Shown here one piece after another: positions 35,725 to 38,028 of a stretch of 38,028 bases of DNA. Every line of letters begins with the position of its first letter. Within the stretch, counting starts at the first letter, position 1. The position numbers were made by a program, and so were the translations under genes. A model generated the notes under the pieces. The model saw only the letters and a program-made list of their open reading frames with translations. It was not told the origin of the DNA and ran no database searches. The DNA is taken from sequence record DRR723986_1318. One strand, written 5' to 3'.

Positions 35725-37227
35725 ATGGTCGATTTTTTTACTAAAAAGCAACGCCAGCGCTTTCGCCGGACGAATACACTGGCTGATGCGACACCGATTC
35801 CGACACGCTCTATCTCCAACGGTGAATATGACCCAATGCCGCGCACCAACGCGCAGCGGCAGGTGGAAGGGCTTATCCATAAAATGGCGGATGAGCAGGG
35901 CAAAAAAATGGGCCTGAGCCGTCGCGACTTTCTGCGCAGTAGCAGTGGCATGGCGGCATCGTTCCTTGCAATGAATACTGTGTATGGCTCGCTATTTAAT
36001 GTGAGCGCCGCCGAGGCTGCTGAGCTTGATCGCGCGGAAGAGCGCCGCAAGCGTTTGTCTAAGCAGTTTATCTTTGATGACCAGGTGCACTTTGTTCACG
36101 AAGATTTTGATACGCCATTTATGCTTGATTACGCTGACTACGCGGCGGAGCATTGGAACCCCCATATGTTCGATGATATCGGCTTAACGCTGGACCGATA
36201 TCGTTTCGATAATTTCATCAAAGAAGTCTTCATCGATAGTGATACCAAGGTGTGTCTGGTTTCCAGTGCACCCACGTCAGGTGAGTTGTCCGGGCTGCTG
36301 ATTTCAAATAAGCAGATGGCATTAACTCGCGAGCTGGTAAACCGCTTGTCGGGCACTGAGCGAATGCTCTGTCACAGTGTGGTGATACCGGGTCAGCCGG
36401 GTTGGCTTGATGATGTCGATAAGTCTATTGAAGTCTTCAAGCCCAATGCCTGGAAGGGCTATACAGTGGGCAATCCATTTCATCCTAAGAACCTGCCATA
36501 CCGGCTCGACGATGAAAAACTCATGTACCCCTTCTACGAAAAAATGTTGAAGTCCGGTATCAATACGATCTGTATCCACAAAGGCTTGCTGCCGAAAAAC
36601 TACCTCAGCGAAATGTCGGACCTGTGGCCTTACGCGACTGTGGATGATGTGCCCAAAGCCGCGAAGGATTGGCCCGATATTAACTTCGTTATTTATCACG
36701 CCGCGCTGAGACCCTGGTTGGAAGTTCCCGACAAGGAGATGGCTGAATTTGAACGCACCGGCTATATCCCCTGGGTGAGTGACCTTGCGGCAATACCGGA
36801 AAAGTACGGCGTGAATAATGTTTACGGCGAGATTGGTTCCTCATTTGCGCAATCGGCGGTGGCTCATCCACGTTTCTGTGCGGCGTTCCTCGGTACCTTG
36901 ATAAAGGGGATGGGGGTGGACCACGTACTGTGGGGCACGGACTCCGTTTGGTACGGCTCTCCGCAGTGGCAGATAGAAGCCTTGCGCCGGTTGGAAATTC
37001 CGCAAGACATGCAGATGCGCTTCGGGTTTGCGCCGCTGGGGCCGGAAGACGGGCCGGTTAAGAACGCCATCTTTGGATTGAATGGCGCCAAGTTATACGG
37101 CGTTGATCCCGGCCGGAGTGCAGATGCGCTGGCAGCAGACACTATCGAGCTCATGAAGTCTGAATATCACGCCAGGGGGGTTGGAACCAGCAATAACGCC
37201 TATGGCTATACGGTAGACGAAAGCTAG
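35725..37227 (+). CDS. Amidohydrolase family protein with an internal twin-arginine-like motif
   Basis: FIFDDQVHF, WKGY, ICIHKGL, FVIYHA, WGTDSVWYGSPQWQIEA and IFGLNGAKLY; SRRDFL at residues 65-70. Confidence 0.88.
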   Translation: MVDFFTKKQRQRFRRTNTLADATPIPTRSISNGEYDPMPRTNAQRQVEGLIHKMADEQGKKMGLSRRDFLRSSSGMAASFLAMNTVYGSLFNVSAAEAAELDRAEERRKRLSKQFIFDDQVHFVHEDFDTPFMLDYADYAAEHWNPHMFDDIGLTLDRYRFDNFIKEVFIDSDTKVCLVSSAPTSGELSGLLISNKQMALTRELVNRLSGTERMLCHSVVIPGQPGWLDDVDKSIEVFKPNAWKGYTVGNPFHPKNLPYRLDDEKLMYPFYEKMLKSGINTICIHKGLLPKNYLSEMSDLWPYATVDDVPKAAKDWPDINFVIYHAALRPWLEVPDKEMAEFERTGYIPWVSDLAAIPEKYGVNNVYGEIGSSFAQSAVAHPRFCAAFLGTLIKGMGVDHVLWGTDSVWYGSPQWQIEALRRLEIPQDMQMRFGFAPLGPEDGPVKNAIFGLNGAKLYGVDPGRSADALAADTIELMKSEYHARGVGTSNNAYGYTVDES

Positions 37228-37287
37228 GGCGTGTTTGAAAAAATTTTCCCTGTTTAGAAAGAATAATAATAGGAGGTGAAGCACATT

Positions 37288-38028
37288 ATGGCGATGCACT
37301 TTAATCTGGCGGATATGATCGAGGCGGTTGCTGATCGTGTTCCGGATCGCGAGGCGCTTGTTTGCGGCAATCGGCGGGCAACATATGCCCAGCTGGACGA
37401 GCGAGCAACTCAGCTTGCCCATTTTCTGCAGTCTCGCGGAGTGCAGGCCGGTAATAATGTGGGCCTCTATATGTACAACTGCGTGGAATACCTTGAGGCA
37501 ATGCTGGCTTGCTTTAAACTCCGCGCGGTTCCTATCAACGTGAACTATCGCTATGTGGATGATGAGCTGCGCTATATCTTTGATAACGCCGACCTTGTCG
37601 CCTGTGTGCTTAATCGACAGTTTGTTCCTCATCTGGCGGTGATCGCGGACTCGGTGTCTGACTTGAAGGCCTGCATTGCTGTTGAAGACGGCTCTGAGCC
37701 CGCCAGTGCGAGTTCCCCTGAGATTGTGGAGTTTGAGCAGGCCCTGCAAGGTCAGCCAGCGCAGCGGGATTTTGCAGAGCGCTCGGAAGACGACCTTTTT
37801 ATTCTCTATACCGGGGGCACCACCGGATTGCCCAAGGGAGTGATCTGGAGCCATAAGGCGCTATTGTTTGCGGCAATGGGCGGGGGAGGACATTTTTCCC
37901 CGCTGGGGCCCTGCGAGAAAGCGAGCGATATTGTGTCGCGAATCGCCGAACAACCCGTCACCGGCATTGCACTGGCGCCACTTATGCACGGGGCTTCGTG
38001 GTGGTATGCCTGTATCCAGCTGCTGGCG
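37288..38028 (+). CDS. Acyl-CoA synthetase, FadD19-like (3'-truncated by window edge; missing from the ORF track)
   Basis: Manual translation gives MAMHFNLADMIEAVADRVPDREALVCG...NVNYRYVDDELRYIFDNAD...RSEDDLFILYTGGTTGLPKGVIW...PLMHG; strong RBS AGGAGGTG at 37271-37278; frame is open to the window end. Confidence 0.93.
   Translation, partial: MAMHFNLADMIEAVADRVPDREALVCGNRRATYAQLDERATQLAHFLQSRGVQAGNNVGLYMYNCVEYLEAMLACFKLRAVPINVNYRYVDDELRYIFDNADLVACVLNRQFVPHLAVIADSVSDLKACIAVEDGSEPASASSPEIVEFEQALQGQPAQRDFAERSEDDLFILYTGGTTGLPKGVIWSHKALLFAAMGGGGHFSPLGPCEKASDIVSRIAEQPVTGIALAPLMHGASWWYACIQLLA

Noticed and set aside
37093-37854. 253-aa minus-strand ORF
   Set aside because: Antisense shadow of the FadD19-like CDS, which has clear motifs and a strong RBS on the plus strand
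1-38028. CRISPR arrays, IS elements/integrases, tRNA/rRNA, defence systems, frameshifted pseudogenes
   Set aside because: No repeat-spacer pattern, mobility gene or RNA gene seen; intergenic gaps are 250 bp or less and all CDSs appear intact

Overview
A densely coding window of roughly mid-50s % GC (estimated by eye) from a Gram-negative bacterium; the two TonB-dependent receptors and the OruR/VqsM-type AraC regulators suggest a gammaproteobacterium, but the host is an inference. The whole window is one CoA-dependent catabolic island for a hydrophobic, probably methyl-branched or ring-bearing carboxylate. It holds 2 paralogous TonB-dependent receptors, 2 MFS transporters, 3 regulators (TetR, 2 AraC), 2 acyl-CoA synthetases (one FadD19-like, running off the right edge and absent from the ORF track), 4 acyl-CoA dehydrogenase subunits (two alpha/beta pairs), an alpha-methylacyl-CoA racemase, 3 MaoC-fold proteins, 2 crotonases, an MFE-2-like SDR, an Ltp2-type aldolase with a free DUF35, 3 amidohydrolases, a Zn-dependent alcohol dehydrogenase, and SnoaL and SRPBCC proteins. 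The most unusual elements are (i) an apparently catalytically dead HMG-CoA-synthase-fold protein fused to a Zn-ribbon/OB-fold DUF35 and followed by an SCP2-type thiolase, the architecture of PhlABC and the archaeal thiolase-HMGCS-DUF35 complex; (ii) a DddD-like tandem class III CoA-transferase with no DMSP genes nearby; (iii) an igr-operon-like steroid side-chain module with ChsH2 split in two and no ring-cleavage genes in view; and (iv) a secreted tocopherol-cyclase/CrtC-fold-like orphan divergent from a receptor. No RNA genes, mobile elements or CRISPR arrays were seen. All family calls rest on motifs recognised by eye, not on database searches.
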